Shown here piece by piece: positions 26,909 to 37,752 of a stretch of DNA of 64,000 nt. The DNA comes from Phycisphaerae bacterium. GTDB taxonomy: Bacteria > Planctomycetota > Phycisphaerae > UBA1845. Below the pieces are notes generated by a model. That model worked only from the letters and a program-made list of their open reading frames with translations. It was not told where the DNA came from and ran no database searches. Position 1 is the stretch's first letter; every line of letters begins with the position of its first letter. A program made the position numbers and the translations under genes. The DNA lies in assembly GCA_963666835.2 (NCBI GenBank), contig CAXXGO010000006.1, positions 384,001-448,000 on the forward strand. Direction: 5' to 3'.

Positions 26909-29704
26909 TCAATTAACCGGCTCGGGTAACCGCCGCCCCCGCCACGATTCATACTGCCCCGCACCGTTGAGCAGGTCGATCAGGCGGAGCACATCCCCGG
27001 GGCCACGGTGCCCGGAGCGGTCCAGATCGCAACTATAGTCCCCGAATGGAGGCACCTTCGTGCCATTCAAGCAGCAATCCAGAAGCCCTTGGATGTCCGG
27101 TACGTCCGCCAGCCGATCTGCGTCGACGTCAGCGGGAAGCGCGCTGAACAGCCCGGTGGCGTCTGCGCAACCGGTTCGGCTCGTGTAGGTCACCGCGGAG
27201 GACGCTCCCGGAGTCAACGGCCGGTCAAGCAGGATCACATACGTGTTGTCTCCGTTGGAAACCACGCTCGCTATCGCGTTCGTCCGACCTTCCCCGCCCA
27301 GCTCCCGGAGGCTCCAACAAGACGTCTCTGCGCGGTTCGGGGCACGGACGATCAGCGTATCGATCCCCTGCCGCATGGATGGGTCGTGCAGCGGATGGGG
27401 TTGTCCAGCGTCTATCACGCCGGCCGGGGGGGCGATCCAGGTCACCGGACCCTCCGGGCACTCCAAGTCCGGCAGCGAGGGGCATGGCGACTCGACTCGC
27501 AGGGAAAACGCTCCTCGACCCAGCGGAGAGCGAGACGCCACCGCGAGGTAGTATCGTTCGCCCACGGTCAGCCCGGTCAGGCAGCCGCTTGTCGGATTCC
27601 CATCCGCGCCGATTCCACCATCCTGACAACCGATTACTGCGAGACTATCGCACGATGTTGCGTCGCTCGTTGGGTCGGCGACCTGGAAAACCTGAAGAAG
27701 GAAGCCGTCAGCCGTGCCGTTGGCGCCGTAAACTCGAAGATCGGTGGACGCATGCCGGGCGATGAACGTGTACCACAGGGTTCCGAACCCCTGCGTACCA
27801 GGCTCCAGACCGTGACAGCAGAAGCCGGGCTCATCCACGGCCGAGCAGGCTCTTGCGTTGTCGGATTCCACCAGAGCCTGTCCGGCGGCATCCAGCACGA
27901 TTTCGATCGCCCCGAGCGCCGGATCAGGGTCTGCGCAGTGATCGTTTTCCGTGGGGGGATCGCACACTTCGGCCGCTCGATCGGCGCAGCGTTCATCCCA
28001 AACGGTATCGCAGCAGAACGGATCCGCTTCGCAGACTGCCCGGCAGCATCCGGTGACGCAACAACCGGCGCGGCCCTCGCACAACCCGTCGGGAAGACAC
28101 TGCCGCCGGTCCGGGCAATCGGCGCCGGTTGTACACTCCGTAACCTCACTGACCGCGAAGCAACTGCCCGACGCGCGAAGGCATGCGACCGGCGGGCACG
28201 CTTGCTCACCGGATTCGCACGGAACGCCCAGGCGCCAAGCCCCGGCAGCGTTGAAGCAATCGGGCTCAAGTAGGTCCTCACACCGGCCATCCGGCAGACA
28301 GCACGCGCAAGCACCGCAAGAAGGGGTGAACGGATCTTCGGCGCAGGTGACGTTACCGATCCACTCCCCCGCGCAATCCTGTTCGAGGACATCATCCTGA
28401 CAGTACGCTGCCGCCCCGTCCGCCGGTCCGACGCAACATGCCCCGGTAGGCGCAGGGCCGTGGCACCCGATGACAACAAAGAACACGGCCGGCGGGTCGC
28501 CTTCGAAGTTGCGAAAGCTCCAACCGCGGACCTTGTTACCGGGGTCAAGGGTTGCGTATACGTCGGCGCTGCTGCCGATGTCCGCTTCTCCGGCGACCAC
28601 GACACCCACTCCGTCTCGGTTCGCTTTCCATGCTGCCCAGAAGTTCCGCGGCAGATCGATACCGCGTTCATAAGTGAAGCGGATCAGTTCGAGCTCGCCG
28701 TCGCCAAGCCCCGCAAAAGTCCGAGCCGTTCCCGGAATCGGGTCGCCGGGCCCGGGATCCTCCCGCAGCTCCACGTCGATCGCATAAGGCCCTTCCCCCG
28801 CCCGTACGCCGAAAGTGCAGGAGGCCAGCTCACAGCTTTCAGTATTCAGGGCAATGTCGTCCGCGGTAAAAACCCCGGCACCGGCAGAGTATTGCGTACC
28901 GGAAGCGCGATAGGCCCGGTAGCCCGGGTGCTCCTCGGGGCAGTCGTCCCGAACGCGGACCTGCGCAAAGAAACTGGCGTGCGGGAACCGCGGATAGCCA
29001 CCGAAGTATGCCACGCAACCGCCAAACGGGTAACTGAAGCCGTCATACGAGAAACCCACTTCAGCCGGGGCGCCTGCGAGCCATCCGGCCGACGCCGAGT
29101 CGAACATCAACTGCACCCAAACCGTTTGCGGAATGATCATCGGGGCGTGGGAGACATCCACCGTGATTTCGAACACCCCATCATCAGGTAGCCCGACTGA
29201 TTGCTGCGTCCGAGCGATGACAACTCCGCCGGCCATGGGGCAATCGTCAAAGAGCGCCAGGTCGACTCCGAATCCCGGTCCCGTGCCATCCCCTCCACCG
29301 GCGACCCGGACCGAGTAGGAATCCAAAACGCAGCCTTCAATGCCGATTGTCGCCAGATCGTCACCTACGGCCACACCTGCTCCGGGCGCAAACAGGAACG
29401 TCCCGGTCGTGTTGCTGAAGACCAACGCTGTGCCGGTTTCACTCGGGCGGTTGCGCCGATCGGTTGTTGCGCCTAGGTTGATTCGACGAACCGGCTGCTC
29501 GTTTGGCACCGGTTGAAGCCCTTCCCGCAACGCATCTGCGGTGAACTCGCGCGGCCCGCCGGCAGTAACGTCGAGGCCTGCGCCTGCATGAACTGAGTAG
29601 CCAAGGACTGTTGCGGCGCAGAAGAAAATCCAGACCCGAATAGCGACCGAGCCGGAAGTGGCACTCGGCCGGGTCGCGTTAAGATCTTCTGCAGGCATGA
29701 CCAT
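26909..29704 (-). CDS. Secreted Cys-rich protein with a duplicated N-terminal beta domain and C-terminal dockerin/EF-hand-like pair, 931 aa
   Basis: Two APGAG..(G/A)DD modules; GACC..C repeats; CEADPFCCDTVWDERCA; DVDADRLAD..D and DLDRSGH...DVLRLIDLLNG. Confidence 0.75.
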   Translation of the reverse strand: MVMPAEDLNATRPSATSGSVAIRVWIFFCAATVLGYSVHAGAGLDVTAGGPREFTADALREGLQPVPNEQPVRRINLGATTDRRNRPSETGTALVFSNTTGTFLFAPGAGVAVGDDLATIGIEGCVLDSYSVRVAGGGDGTGPGFGVDLALFDDCPMAGGVVIARTQQSVGLPDDGVFEITVDVSHAPMIIPQTVWVQLMFDSASAGWLAGAPAEVGFSYDGFSYPFGGCVAYFGGYPRFPHASFFAQVRVRDDCPEEHPGYRAYRASGTQYSAGAGVFTADDIALNTESCELASCTFGVRAGEGPYAIDVELREDPGPGDPIPGTARTFAGLGDGELELIRFTYERGIDLPRNFWAAWKANRDGVGVVVAGEADIGSSADVYATLDPGNKVRGWSFRNFEGDPPAVFFVVIGCHGPAPTGACCVGPADGAAAYCQDDVLEQDCAGEWIGNVTCAEDPFTPSCGACACCLPDGRCEDLLEPDCFNAAGAWRLGVPCESGEQACPPVACLRASGSCFAVSEVTECTTGADCPDRRQCLPDGLCEGRAGCCVTGCCRAVCEADPFCCDTVWDERCADRAAEVCDPPTENDHCADPDPALGAIEIVLDAAGQALVESDNARACSAVDEPGFCCHGLEPGTQGFGTLWYTFIARHASTDLRVYGANGTADGFLLQVFQVADPTSDATSCDSLAVIGCQDGGIGADGNPTSGCLTGLTVGERYYLAVASRSPLGRGAFSLRVESPCPSLPDLECPEGPVTWIAPPAGVIDAGQPHPLHDPSMRQGIDTLIVRAPNRAETSCWSLRELGGEGRTNAIASVVSNGDNTYVILLDRPLTPGASSAVTYTSRTGCADATGLFSALPADVDADRLADVPDIQGLLDCCLNGTKVPPFGDYSCDLDRSGHRGPGDVLRLIDLLNGAGQYESWRGRRLPEPVN

Positions 29705-30218
29705 CTCGTGCCGTCCTCCGACGGCGGGCGTTGGCGCTCAGCGGAAGCCAGTCTGACACGACCGTGGCTCGCCGGCGTAACGCGCCGCCTAAACGTCTCC
29801 AGAATATAAGTTTACGGCATGTTAAGCAAGAGGGATCCTGCGGCCGCAGTGAGGTCCCGGCGATGCACACTCCGAGAAACTCACAAGCACAGGGTGCCGT
29901 CGGCATGTCCCGCGGCTCTGATCGGGGCACGGGTGCGCCAAGAAGCGCTGCGTAAAAAGAGACACCGGACGGTCGGAACCGCCCGGTGTCTCCCGGAGGG
30001 GAAAGAAGCGTCATGAAACGCCGTTTCTCATTGTGGCGGCGGTGCGGGCTATCAGGAACTCCCGCAACGCTCATATAACTTATGCATCAAAGTGGAACGT
30101 GACGCAATAAGGTATTCTATCCATTTGTGGTTACGTGCGTAGTATATACCCGAATCACGGCGCGCCAACTGAGGTTCTGATCGGACTAAAGGTCTGCGAG
30201 TTCGGGGGTATTGCAGCA

Positions 30219-31013
30219 TCATGAGCGAGTCCGATCCAACCGCGATCGGCCGGCGAATCCACGTTTGGTCTCGGCCTGCAGGAACTCGAGCAACCGCAAG
30301 CCGGGTGGGAACTTGACTAGTTCCGCCAGTCGCGCTACGCCCGCGCGGAAAGGCGTTCCGTGACCGAATAGCGCGTGGAAAGCCTGCCGCAGTTCTACAA
30401 TATGTTCGCGCGGCATGCCGGACCGGCGAAGTCCGACGCTGTTGAGACCGCTCACCCGTCCGTCCCGGTTAATAAGAGAATACGGGACTACATCCATTGG
30501 CACGGGGGCACTGCCGCCGATCATCACCAGTTCGCCGATACGCGTGAACTGATGGACCATCGCGCCGCCGCCGACCGTGACCTGGTCACCCACCGTAACG
30601 TGGCCGGCCAATAGAGCTCCGTTGATCATGGTCACCTTGTCGCCCAGGAGGCAATTGTGTCCGACGTGCGATCCGGCCAGAAGGAAACAGCCCTCACCCA
30701 CAACGGTCTCCGATTCCGGTATTGTCCCCCGGTGGATCGTAACGTACTCGCGCAGAATGGTCCCCTTGCCTATCCGGCAGAAGGTCCTTTCGCCGTGGTA
30801 TTTCACGTCTTGCGGGGTGTGGCCGACGACTACGCCGGGATGGAGTTCACAGTTCTCCGCTATGTCGGTCCATCCGGTCAGGAAAACGCCTTGATAGAGT
30901 CGGCAGCCCGCGGCGACACGAACGTGTCCCTCGATTATACAATACGGGCCGACCTCGACGGAGCTATCCAGTTCCGCCTTGGAATCGATGATCGCAGTGG
31001 GGTGGATTGCCAA
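30219..31013 (-). CDS. lpxA: UDP-N-acetylglucosamine O-acyltransferase (TTG start with AGGAG RBS)
   Basis: IHPTAIID, hexapeptide repeats, PQDVKY, REYVTIHRGT, HVGHNC, HQFTRIG, GLNSVGLRR. Confidence 0.95.
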   Translation of the reverse strand: MAIHPTAIIDSKAELDSSVEVGPYCIIEGHVRVAAGCRLYQGVFLTGWTDIAENCELHPGVVVGHTPQDVKYHGERTFCRIGKGTILREYVTIHRGTIPESETVVGEGCFLLAGSHVGHNCLLGDKVTMINGALLAGHVTVGDQVTVGGGAMVHQFTRIGELVMIGGSAPVPMDVVPYSLINRDGRVSGLNSVGLRRSGMPREHIVELRQAFHALFGHGTPFRAGVARLAELVKFPPGLRLLEFLQAETKRGFAGRSRLDRTRS

Positions 31014-31045
31014 GACACTCTCCTGTTGACCGTGGGAATCAAGTA

Positions 31046-31792
31046 CTATCGTTGAGGCGGCTGGAGCCCGAGTCTCGCCATCACCATCTGCAGGTCGTCC
31101 CACGTCTTACGTTTCTCCGCCGGGTAGCGCAGAAGATAAGCGGGATGGTAGGTGGGCATAACCGGAATCGAAGGCCCCTCGGCCCCGGTGGCCGAGAGGT
31201 GATATTCGTGAAAACGCCCGCGCAACTTTCCGATCGAGGCAGCGGTGCAGAGCAGGGTCTTGGCCGCCGGGGCTCCCAGAGCTACAAGCACTTCCGGCCG
31301 GATGATGGCAAGCTGCCGCCGCAGAAACGGCGCACAGGCGAGAATCTCGTCGGCCAGAGGATCGCGATTGCCAGGAGGACGGCACTTAAGCACGTTGCAG
31401 ATGAACACTTCCTCGCGGGTGAGTCCCATGGCCGCAATCATGCGGGTGAGGAGTTGCCCGGCCCGACCGACGAACGCCACCCCCTGCCGATCCTCGTCGA
31501 ATCCGGGAGCCTCGCCGACGAACACGAGCCGGGCGGCGGGGTCGCCTTGCCCGAATACGGTCCGATTGCGGGTCTGAGCCAAACCGCAGCGGGTGCATCC
31601 TCTGACTTCCGACTCGTCCAGCTCGGCAAGTTGGGCGGCTCGATCTTCGATATTCGCGGCGACAACGGTATCGGCCGCCCGAACGCGGACCGGCGGGACC
31701 GGGCTCATCGGAACGCTGCGCAGGCCCAAAAGCCGATCGCTCAGCAACTGTTGCCTCAAAGCCGCTCGAATCGTGGCAGAGTCCTTCGCCAT
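31046..31792 (-). CDS. Uracil-DNA glycosylase family 4 (Fe-S)
   Basis: [34 protein letters not shown]. Confidence 0.93.
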   Translation of the reverse strand: MAKDSATIRAALRQQLLSDRLLGLRSVPMSPVPPVRVRAADTVVAANIEDRAAQLAELDESEVRGCTRCGLAQTRNRTVFGQGDPAARLVFVGEAPGFDEDRQGVAFVGRAGQLLTRMIAAMGLTREEVFICNVLKCRPPGNRDPLADEILACAPFLRRQLAIIRPEVLVALGAPAAKTLLCTAASIGKLRGRFHEYHLSATGAEGPSIPVMPTYHPAYLLRYPAEKRKTWDDLQMVMARLGLQPPQR

Positions 31793-31908
31793 TCTCTTGT
31801 GGTCTCCGGTTCCCCGAGCCGACCGGGGAGCGGTAGCATCGTTTACTCGCAAACTCTGATGGCGAATATGGCGTGAAGTGTGGTCGGGTTCAAGTTACGA
31901 TACGGCGT

Positions 31909-32742
31909 ATGGCAAGATTCGTTGAGTTCCATCTCGTTCTTCCGGACGGGTACAAGGCCTACGGGCGCTTCTGGGAAGCGCGCAGCCCTCGAGGTGCGGT
32001 CCTGTATCACCACGGAATTCAGTCACACTGTGGGTGGTACGAGGCTTCGGCGGAGTGGCTGGCCGATTCGGGGTATGCGGTTCTTCAGGTCGATCGCCGG
32101 GGCAGCGGGCGGAATGAGATTGACCGGGGGCACGCAGAGTCGGCGGACCAGTTGATTGCCGATGCGCTGGCGGCGCGCGATGAACTTGCACGGCGGGTGG
32201 GCTTTGCCGAGCACCATGTGGTCGGCGTAAGCTGGGGGGGAAAGCTGGCGGTTACGGCATACGTGACCGACCCGCAGGGAGTGCGAAGTCTCTCGCTGGT
32301 GACTCCGGGGCTGTTCCCGCTCGTCGGAGTGTCCAAGAGCATGATGGCCAAGATCGGTTTCGCGATGCTCTACGAACCACGAGAGTTCTTCGATATTCCG
32401 CTGGACGACGCAGAGTTCTTCACGTCCGTGCCGCGGTGGAAGGACTATATCGGTACGGATCCGCTCACTCTGCGCCAATGCACCGCCGGCTTCTATCTGG
32501 CTTCGCGCCGGATGGACAAGACGGTGGCTCGTTTGGGGGGTGTGGAGGCGGTTCCGATCCACTTGTTACTGGCTGGTGACGAACGAATCATTGACAACGA
32601 GCAGACGGAATGCTTCATTCGTACAGTAGGGTGGCCGGATTTCCGAGTAACACGATATGACGAAGCTCGGCATTCCCTGGAGTTCGAAGGGGACCCGGCC
32701 GGGTATTTTGGTGATCTGGTCGGTTTCCTTCAGGGGCATTAG
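31909..32742 (+). CDS. Alpha/beta hydrolase (lysophospholipase-like)
   Basis: HGIQSH, DRRGSG, GVSWGG nucleophile, D and H catalytic positions (GDERII, ARHSL). Confidence 0.88.
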   Translation: MARFVEFHLVLPDGYKAYGRFWEARSPRGAVLYHHGIQSHCGWYEASAEWLADSGYAVLQVDRRGSGRNEIDRGHAESADQLIADALAARDELARRVGFAEHHVVGVSWGGKLAVTAYVTDPQGVRSLSLVTPGLFPLVGVSKSMMAKIGFAMLYEPREFFDIPLDDAEFFTSVPRWKDYIGTDPLTLRQCTAGFYLASRRMDKTVARLGGVEAVPIHLLLAGDERIIDNEQTECFIRTVGWPDFRVTRYDEARHSLEFEGDPAGYFGDLVGFLQGH

Positions 32743-32897
32743 GTACTGGAAAAGCACGCCGGCGGCAGGGTCGCCCGCAACCGGTGGAGGACGGGTCCGA
32801 AGCGTGTTCCGTTACCCGTCATTTTGAGTCTTCTCGCCGTCGAGGACGGTGAGTACCGGCAGGCTTGTCAGGCGGCGACGTAGGAGTATTCACAACG

Positions 32898-34361
32898 ATG
32901 GTAAACAGTGCGAGAGAAACTCAAGACAAGAAGCGCCGAGTGCCGGGATCGTCCGGTTTTCGGCGATTTGGGCTTCTAGCCCTTGCGGTGTTGCTGGCCG
33001 CAACCGTATCCACCAGCCGCGCCGCCGCGACGGGGGCGGATTCTCCGGACGGCAAGATGCGTGCGGCATCCGCCAACGAGGATCCGCGACAAGGCAGGCG
33101 TTCCACGGGAAAGGCTAAGGCGCACAAGGCAAAGCGCACGGCGAAGAAGGACACGCCACCGGCACAGGCTGCCCCGGCACCAGCCCCGGCACAGGTTACT
33201 CCCGCCCCGACCCCGGCGGCCGGCGAGACGCCGGCCACTCCGGCTGAGGCAAAGCCCCTGTGGGTTTGCGAGAAGCCGACCGTGTTTGCCGAGCCGGTCT
33301 GGCAGGGTGATCCGGTTGTCTGCAAGTTCGAGTTTTCCAACCAAGGCACGGCCGATCTGGACGTAAAACTGAAGAAGGGGTGAGGTATCCAAATGAGCGG
33401 TCGGTCCGACCGCGTAATTAAGCCCGGCCAGAAGGATGACGTCACGATCACGTTGCAGTCGAAAGGCCGCACCGGTACGGTCAAACGCGATGTCACCGCC
33501 GTGACAAACGACCCCAAGAACCGAAGTGTGCGGCTCTCGTGTCGCGCAGAGGTTCGTAACCAGTTCAAGGGCGGATCTCTGAAGATGAGTTTCGGGAAGA
33601 TCACGCGAGATTCCGGCCCGCAAACTCGGACAATCACTCTGGAGCGCGGCGACGGCAGTGCCATCAAACCATCGGTCGTCAGAAGCGGACTCCCTGCGGA
33701 GGCTACCGCTGTTCGCGAGATCACTCCCGGCGAGAAGTACGAACTCGACGTCACGCTGAGCCCCCCGTGGCCCAACGGACCGTTGACCAGGTCCCTCAAA
33801 ATCAAGACCGGCATGAAGGAGGCTCCCGAAACAGAGCTTCGGATTAACGCCGACGTCGTGCCGCGGGTTGCCGCCGTTCCGAACCGTTTCTCTATTCGCC
33901 CCGGGGCTTCCGAGAAAGCCGAACACACGGCCATGATCGTCTGGGACGAGGGCGTCAACCACAAAGTCACCGCCGTCAGCGCGACCGATCCGCAGCTCGG
34001 GGTGCGGATAGACGAGACCCCGGGCGGACAGCAGAAGTTGGTGTTGACGGTCCCGGCCGGGTTTGTTCGCCCGAAGCGCCTGCCGTCGGTTACCCTCACG
34101 ACGGACGATGACGAAGTGAAGACGTTGGTGGTGCCTATCAGGTATGCCGCGGTAAGAAAGACCCGGGGACCTCAACCTCCACGGGGTGCGGTACCGGCCC
34201 CCAGCTTGCGCTCCACTGCGCCGCCGAAGTCGGCGGGGGAGACCGGTACTACCCAGACTGAGCAACCGGACAAGAAGACTCCGACGACCGGCAAAGAAAC
34301 GCCGAGCGCCGACAAGAACAAGGGCGGCTGCGGCGGTGGTTGCGGGGGCGGCGGCAAGTAG
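32898..34361 (+). CDS. Exported DUF1573-like Ig-fold protein; candidate selenoprotein with UGA at 33381-33383 (about 487 aa)
   Basis: Track ORFs 32865-33383 and 33393-34361 are in one frame separated only by TGA-GGT-ATC-CAA. The joined sequence FEFSNQGTADLDVKLKKG-U-GIQ...VIKPGQKDDV..VTNDP reads as one DUF1573-like domain. Confidence 0.75.
33397..33413 (+). promoter_or_regulatory. Putative bacterial SECIS hairpin
   Basis: GCGGTC-GGTCC-GACCGC; the G-initiated apical loop starts 19 nt after the UGA. Confidence 0.6.
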
Positions 34362-34396
34362 CCCTCTCGCTGCGAGAGGCAAGTTTGAGTTACCGT

Positions 34397-34434
34397 GGGG
34401 CAGCGCGAACAACCGATCGCGCTGCCCCGTTTCT
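34397..34434 (+). terminator. Intrinsic terminator
   Basis: 12-bp stem GGGGCAGCGCGA/TCGCGCTGCCCC followed by GTTTCT. Confidence 0.6.
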
Positions 34435-34785
34435 ATACCGGCGGCGGTGGAAGCCGTATCGACGGGCAAGGACGTGTCTGAACAAGCCCGGGGCCGCGCG
34501 ATCGTCGATGAGTCGGTGTCCCTTACGTGAGGCGCAAGTGCCGGCTTTGAGGAGGGAAGTACGGTTGTGCTCAAGTTCGAGATGGTATTGCCGATAAAGG
34601 ACTCGTAGGGTGGTACAAACCCTAGCAGCCCGCTGCAAAGCGGATGAATACAGACACCTCAGCGCAGGCGTCTCTCGAGATCATAAGCGGAAGTAGGCTC
34701 CGAACATAGGCGGCCGGAGTCTGGCGCGGCGGCACGCGCCGTTTTGGCTAACCGGCGGCAAGTCACCCGGACGAAGAGTGTGTTT

Positions 34786-35049
34786 TTGAGCGTGCCCAGC
34801 GGTGTCAGACATCTTGCCGGTACCACGATTCCGTTTGGGAACATCGCGGAGCCGGGCTGCTATGTAAGCCACTGGGACGGACATCTGCTTCGCGTTCTCC
34901 CAGGCGGTGTGGTTGCGGGGCGTTCCCCGGTTTTGAGTATTGTGGGGCGGCGTACGCTCTACGTGACGAAGATCAGCAGTGATCCGTTCTTGCCGATGAC
35001 GAGAGCGCGCTCGGCGGCAGCCAACTTGGATCTGAACGTGGAATTCTGA
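34786..35049 (+). CDS. Small conserved-looking hypothetical protein (start uncertain)
   Basis: IPFGNIAEPGCYVSHWDGHLLRV..GRSP..VTKISSDPFLPMTRAR..AANLDLNVEF is protein-like and followed by a terminator. Confidence 0.65.
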   Translation: MSVPSGVRHLAGTTIPFGNIAEPGCYVSHWDGHLLRVLPGGVVAGRSPVLSIVGRRTLYVTKISSDPFLPMTRARSAAANLDLNVEF

Positions 35050-35084
35050 AGCTCGGTGGTTCGGTCGGACATCGGGAGTCAGTC

Positions 35085-35121
35085 GGCGGTGGGCGGTCCG
35101 GAGGGGCGCCTGCCGCCTTTT
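35085..35121 (+). terminator. Intrinsic terminator
   Basis: GGCGGTGGGCG/CGCCTGCCGCC stem followed by TTTT. Confidence 0.5.
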
Positions 35122-35285
35122 CTACGCACCGCGCTATGTAACAAGCCGGTCTCTAACCGCACCGAATGAGCCTTTCGATCCGGGAGACGTATAATCCCCG
35201 TAGCTCACCGGGAACCGGGGCGGAGAGGCCGCCTTCGGAACCGTCGGGAACAAAGCGGATTCTAGTCATGCATGCAGGATGGATT

Positions 35286-37634
35286 ATGAGATTCAGGCTA
35301 ACGCGGGTTGTATTGGTTGTGATGTCGGTAGCCCTGGGCTCATCGGGTTTTGCGCAGACCCCCGGGGCCGCCGGATCCAAGCCGAAGGCGAGATTGAGCC
35401 TGGTCTCGGCGGTTGAGGCCGTCACCGCGGCCCAGCCCTTCGAACTCGGGATTCGGATCGAGCTGGATTCGGGATGGCACACTTACTGGCAGAACAGCGG
35501 AGACAGCGGTTTGCCGCCGAAGGTCGCATGGGATCTGCCGGAGGGGTTCTCGGTCGGTTCTCTGCGGTTTCCCGTACCCCAGCGTCACGTCGACCGGCTC
35601 GGGATGTCGACGTACGTGCTGCCCGGCGAACCGGTTCTGCTGGCCACCGTCACCCCGCCGGAGAAGATTGCGAATCCGAAGGTCACGTTCGGGGCGAAGG
35701 TCAACTACCTGGTTTGCAGAGAGAAGTGCCTGCGCGAAGAGGCCGTGATCCGTTTGGAGCTGCCGGTCCAGCTTCCTGGGAGCACCCCGAAATCGATCAA
35801 CGAGGATCTCTTTCACCGAGCCCGCGCTGCTTTACCCCGTACTGCGAGTAAGCGCGTTACCGTCACGGCCACGGCGGATGTAAAGGCGCTTACACAAGGG
35901 CAGATCTTCGAGCTGGACCTGGCGGTAGATATTGCTGAGGGCCTCGGTCTTCCGGTCGGCAAAGACGATCACGGCATGCCGAGGGTCGACGTGTTCATGA
36001 AGCGTATCGGCGGCGTCTACTTCGAAGCCCCGGTACTTTCCGATCCGCAGCAACTCGAACGTGATTACGCGACCGGTCGGTTTACGATCCGCGTCCCTAT
36101 CGAGATTGACGAAGTTCCACCATCCGGAGCTTTGAGTCTAGAGGGTGTTCTTGCTTACACGCCTTGCGAGCGGGTCGAAGAGTGTTATCCGCGGGAAGGA
36201 GCGCTTTTCTCTCTGTTGGTAGGTGATCAAAATGACGTTGCCGCGTCACAACCTGCAGAGAGTGATGCTTCGCCGCCGGTTGCGATTCCGTCAAGCCCGC
36301 CCCCTGCCGCACTTTTGCCGCAGGAAACACGTTCTGAGGAAGGAGCGGGCAAGCCCCCGGGTTTTCTGGATCGATTGGGCGCGATTGGTTTGCTGATCGG
36401 CTGTTTCATCTACGGCCTGTTTCTGAACGCCACCCCCTGTGTTCTGCCGTTGCTTTCGATCAAGGTCCTTGGGTTCGTCCAGCAGGCCCACGAATCGCGC
36501 AAACGCACTCTGGGGCTCGGCTTGGCATTCGGGGCCGGCGTGATCTTGTTCTTTATCGTTCTGGGTTTGTTGGCCGGGGCGGGCACAAACATCTTGCACT
36601 TCCCGGTAGCGGTCATTGCCCTCTCCACAGTTGTCATGGCGCTGGCACTTGGGATGCTCGGGGTCTATACGTTGAACGTACCCACCACCGCCACCAAGCT
36701 CGAGGCCAACATTCAGCGCGAGGGCGGGCTTGCCTCGTTCGGCAAAGGAGCGTTGGCTCCGGTTCTGGGTTTTGCCTGCACCGGACCGCTACTAGCCGGG
36801 GCGTTCGCGTGGGCCACCCAGCAGCCGTGGGGGCTGGCTGTGGCGGCGTTCACCGTCGCCGGCTTGGGCATGGCCAGTCCGTACATAATCCTGGGCGCCA
36901 ACCCCAACTGGCTCAGTTTCTTGCCCAAGCCCGGTCCTTGGATGATCACGTTCGAGCGGATCATGGGTTTCCTGCTGTTGGCGATGGTCGTCTGGCTGCT
37001 CGATCCGCTGGTAACCCAGATCGGGGCGGCGGGGCTGCAGTGGACGTTGGTGTTCATGGTGGCGGTGGCGATGGCCTGCTGGGTGCTCGGACGGATCGAC
37101 GTGACGATGCCCGCAAAACAGCGCTGGCGCTATCGCGTCACCGCATTGCTGATCGCAGGTGCCGCCGCGGTCGCCGTCTACGGTTGGATTTACCCGATAG
37201 GCGAAGCCGCCGAAGCCGCGCGGCAACGGTATCTCGCCCAACATGGCGGATACGCTACGGTCGACTGGTCGACGGGGATACCCTGGCGGCATTGGTCCCG
37301 GGAGGCGGTTGAGCGCGAGGTCGAAGCCGGCAAGATAGTCTTCGTGGATTTCACGGCCGCGTTCTGCACCGAGTGCAAAGCCAACAAGAAGCTGGCCACC
37401 AACACGGCAGAGGTGCGGGCGAAGATGGAGTCGTTGGGGGTGGTCCCGTTCAGGGGCGATTTCACATGGAAGGACGCCGCAATATCCGCCGAGCTGCAAC
37501 GCTTCAATCACGCGGGCGTGCCGTTCAACCTGATCTACCGTGCGAATCAACCGGATAAGCCAATGGTGCTGAAAACGGTCCTGACCAAGTCCTACCTGCT
37601 GGAGAAACTGGACGAAGCCTCCCGACCAGAGTGA
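35286..37634 (+). CDS. dsbD: DsbD-family thiol:disulfide interchange protein (two DsbD-N domains, TM domain, thioredoxin)
   Basis: GWHTYWQNSGDSG, VCREKCL, NATPCVLPLLSIK, ACTGP, DFTAAFCTECKANK. Confidence 0.88.
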   Translation: MRFRLTRVVLVVMSVALGSSGFAQTPGAAGSKPKARLSLVSAVEAVTAAQPFELGIRIELDSGWHTYWQNSGDSGLPPKVAWDLPEGFSVGSLRFPVPQRHVDRLGMSTYVLPGEPVLLATVTPPEKIANPKVTFGAKVNYLVCREKCLREEAVIRLELPVQLPGSTPKSINEDLFHRARAALPRTASKRVTVTATADVKALTQGQIFELDLAVDIAEGLGLPVGKDDHGMPRVDVFMKRIGGVYFEAPVLSDPQQLERDYATGRFTIRVPIEIDEVPPSGALSLEGVLAYTPCERVEECYPREGALFSLLVGDQNDVAASQPAESDASPPVAIPSSPPPAALLPQETRSEEGAGKPPGFLDRLGAIGLLIGCFIYGLFLNATPCVLPLLSIKVLGFVQQAHESRKRTLGLGLAFGAGVILFFIVLGLLAGAGTNILHFPVAVIALSTVVMALALGMLGVYTLNVPTTATKLEANIQREGGLASFGKGALAPVLGFACTGPLLAGAFAWATQQPWGLAVAAFTVAGLGMASPYIILGANPNWLSFLPKPGPWMITFERIMGFLLLAMVVWLLDPLVTQIGAAGLQWTLVFMVAVAMACWVLGRIDVTMPAKQRWRYRVTALLIAGAAAVAVYGWIYPIGEAAEAARQRYLAQHGGYATVDWSTGIPWRHWSREAVEREVEAGKIVFVDFTAAFCTECKANKKLATNTAEVRAKMESLGVVPFRGDFTWKDAAISAELQRFNHAGVPFNLIYRANQPDKPMVLKTVLTKSYLLEKLDEASRPE

Positions 37635-37752
37635 TGCGGAACAGGGGGGCAGGTTGGAGTTGCCGGGCCCGCCCCGGCCGGCTTCTTGCCGGAAGACGCA
37701 TCTGTTACGGTGGGTGCGGTGGACAATCGGGGAAGTGGTCGAGGAGGATCGG

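Noticed and set aside
33381..33392. Two separate genes or a nonsense pseudogene at the UGA
   Set aside because: The stop falls at the conserved Cys column, both halves are intact, and a SECIS-like hairpin follows. Not fully excluded without seeing sel genes.
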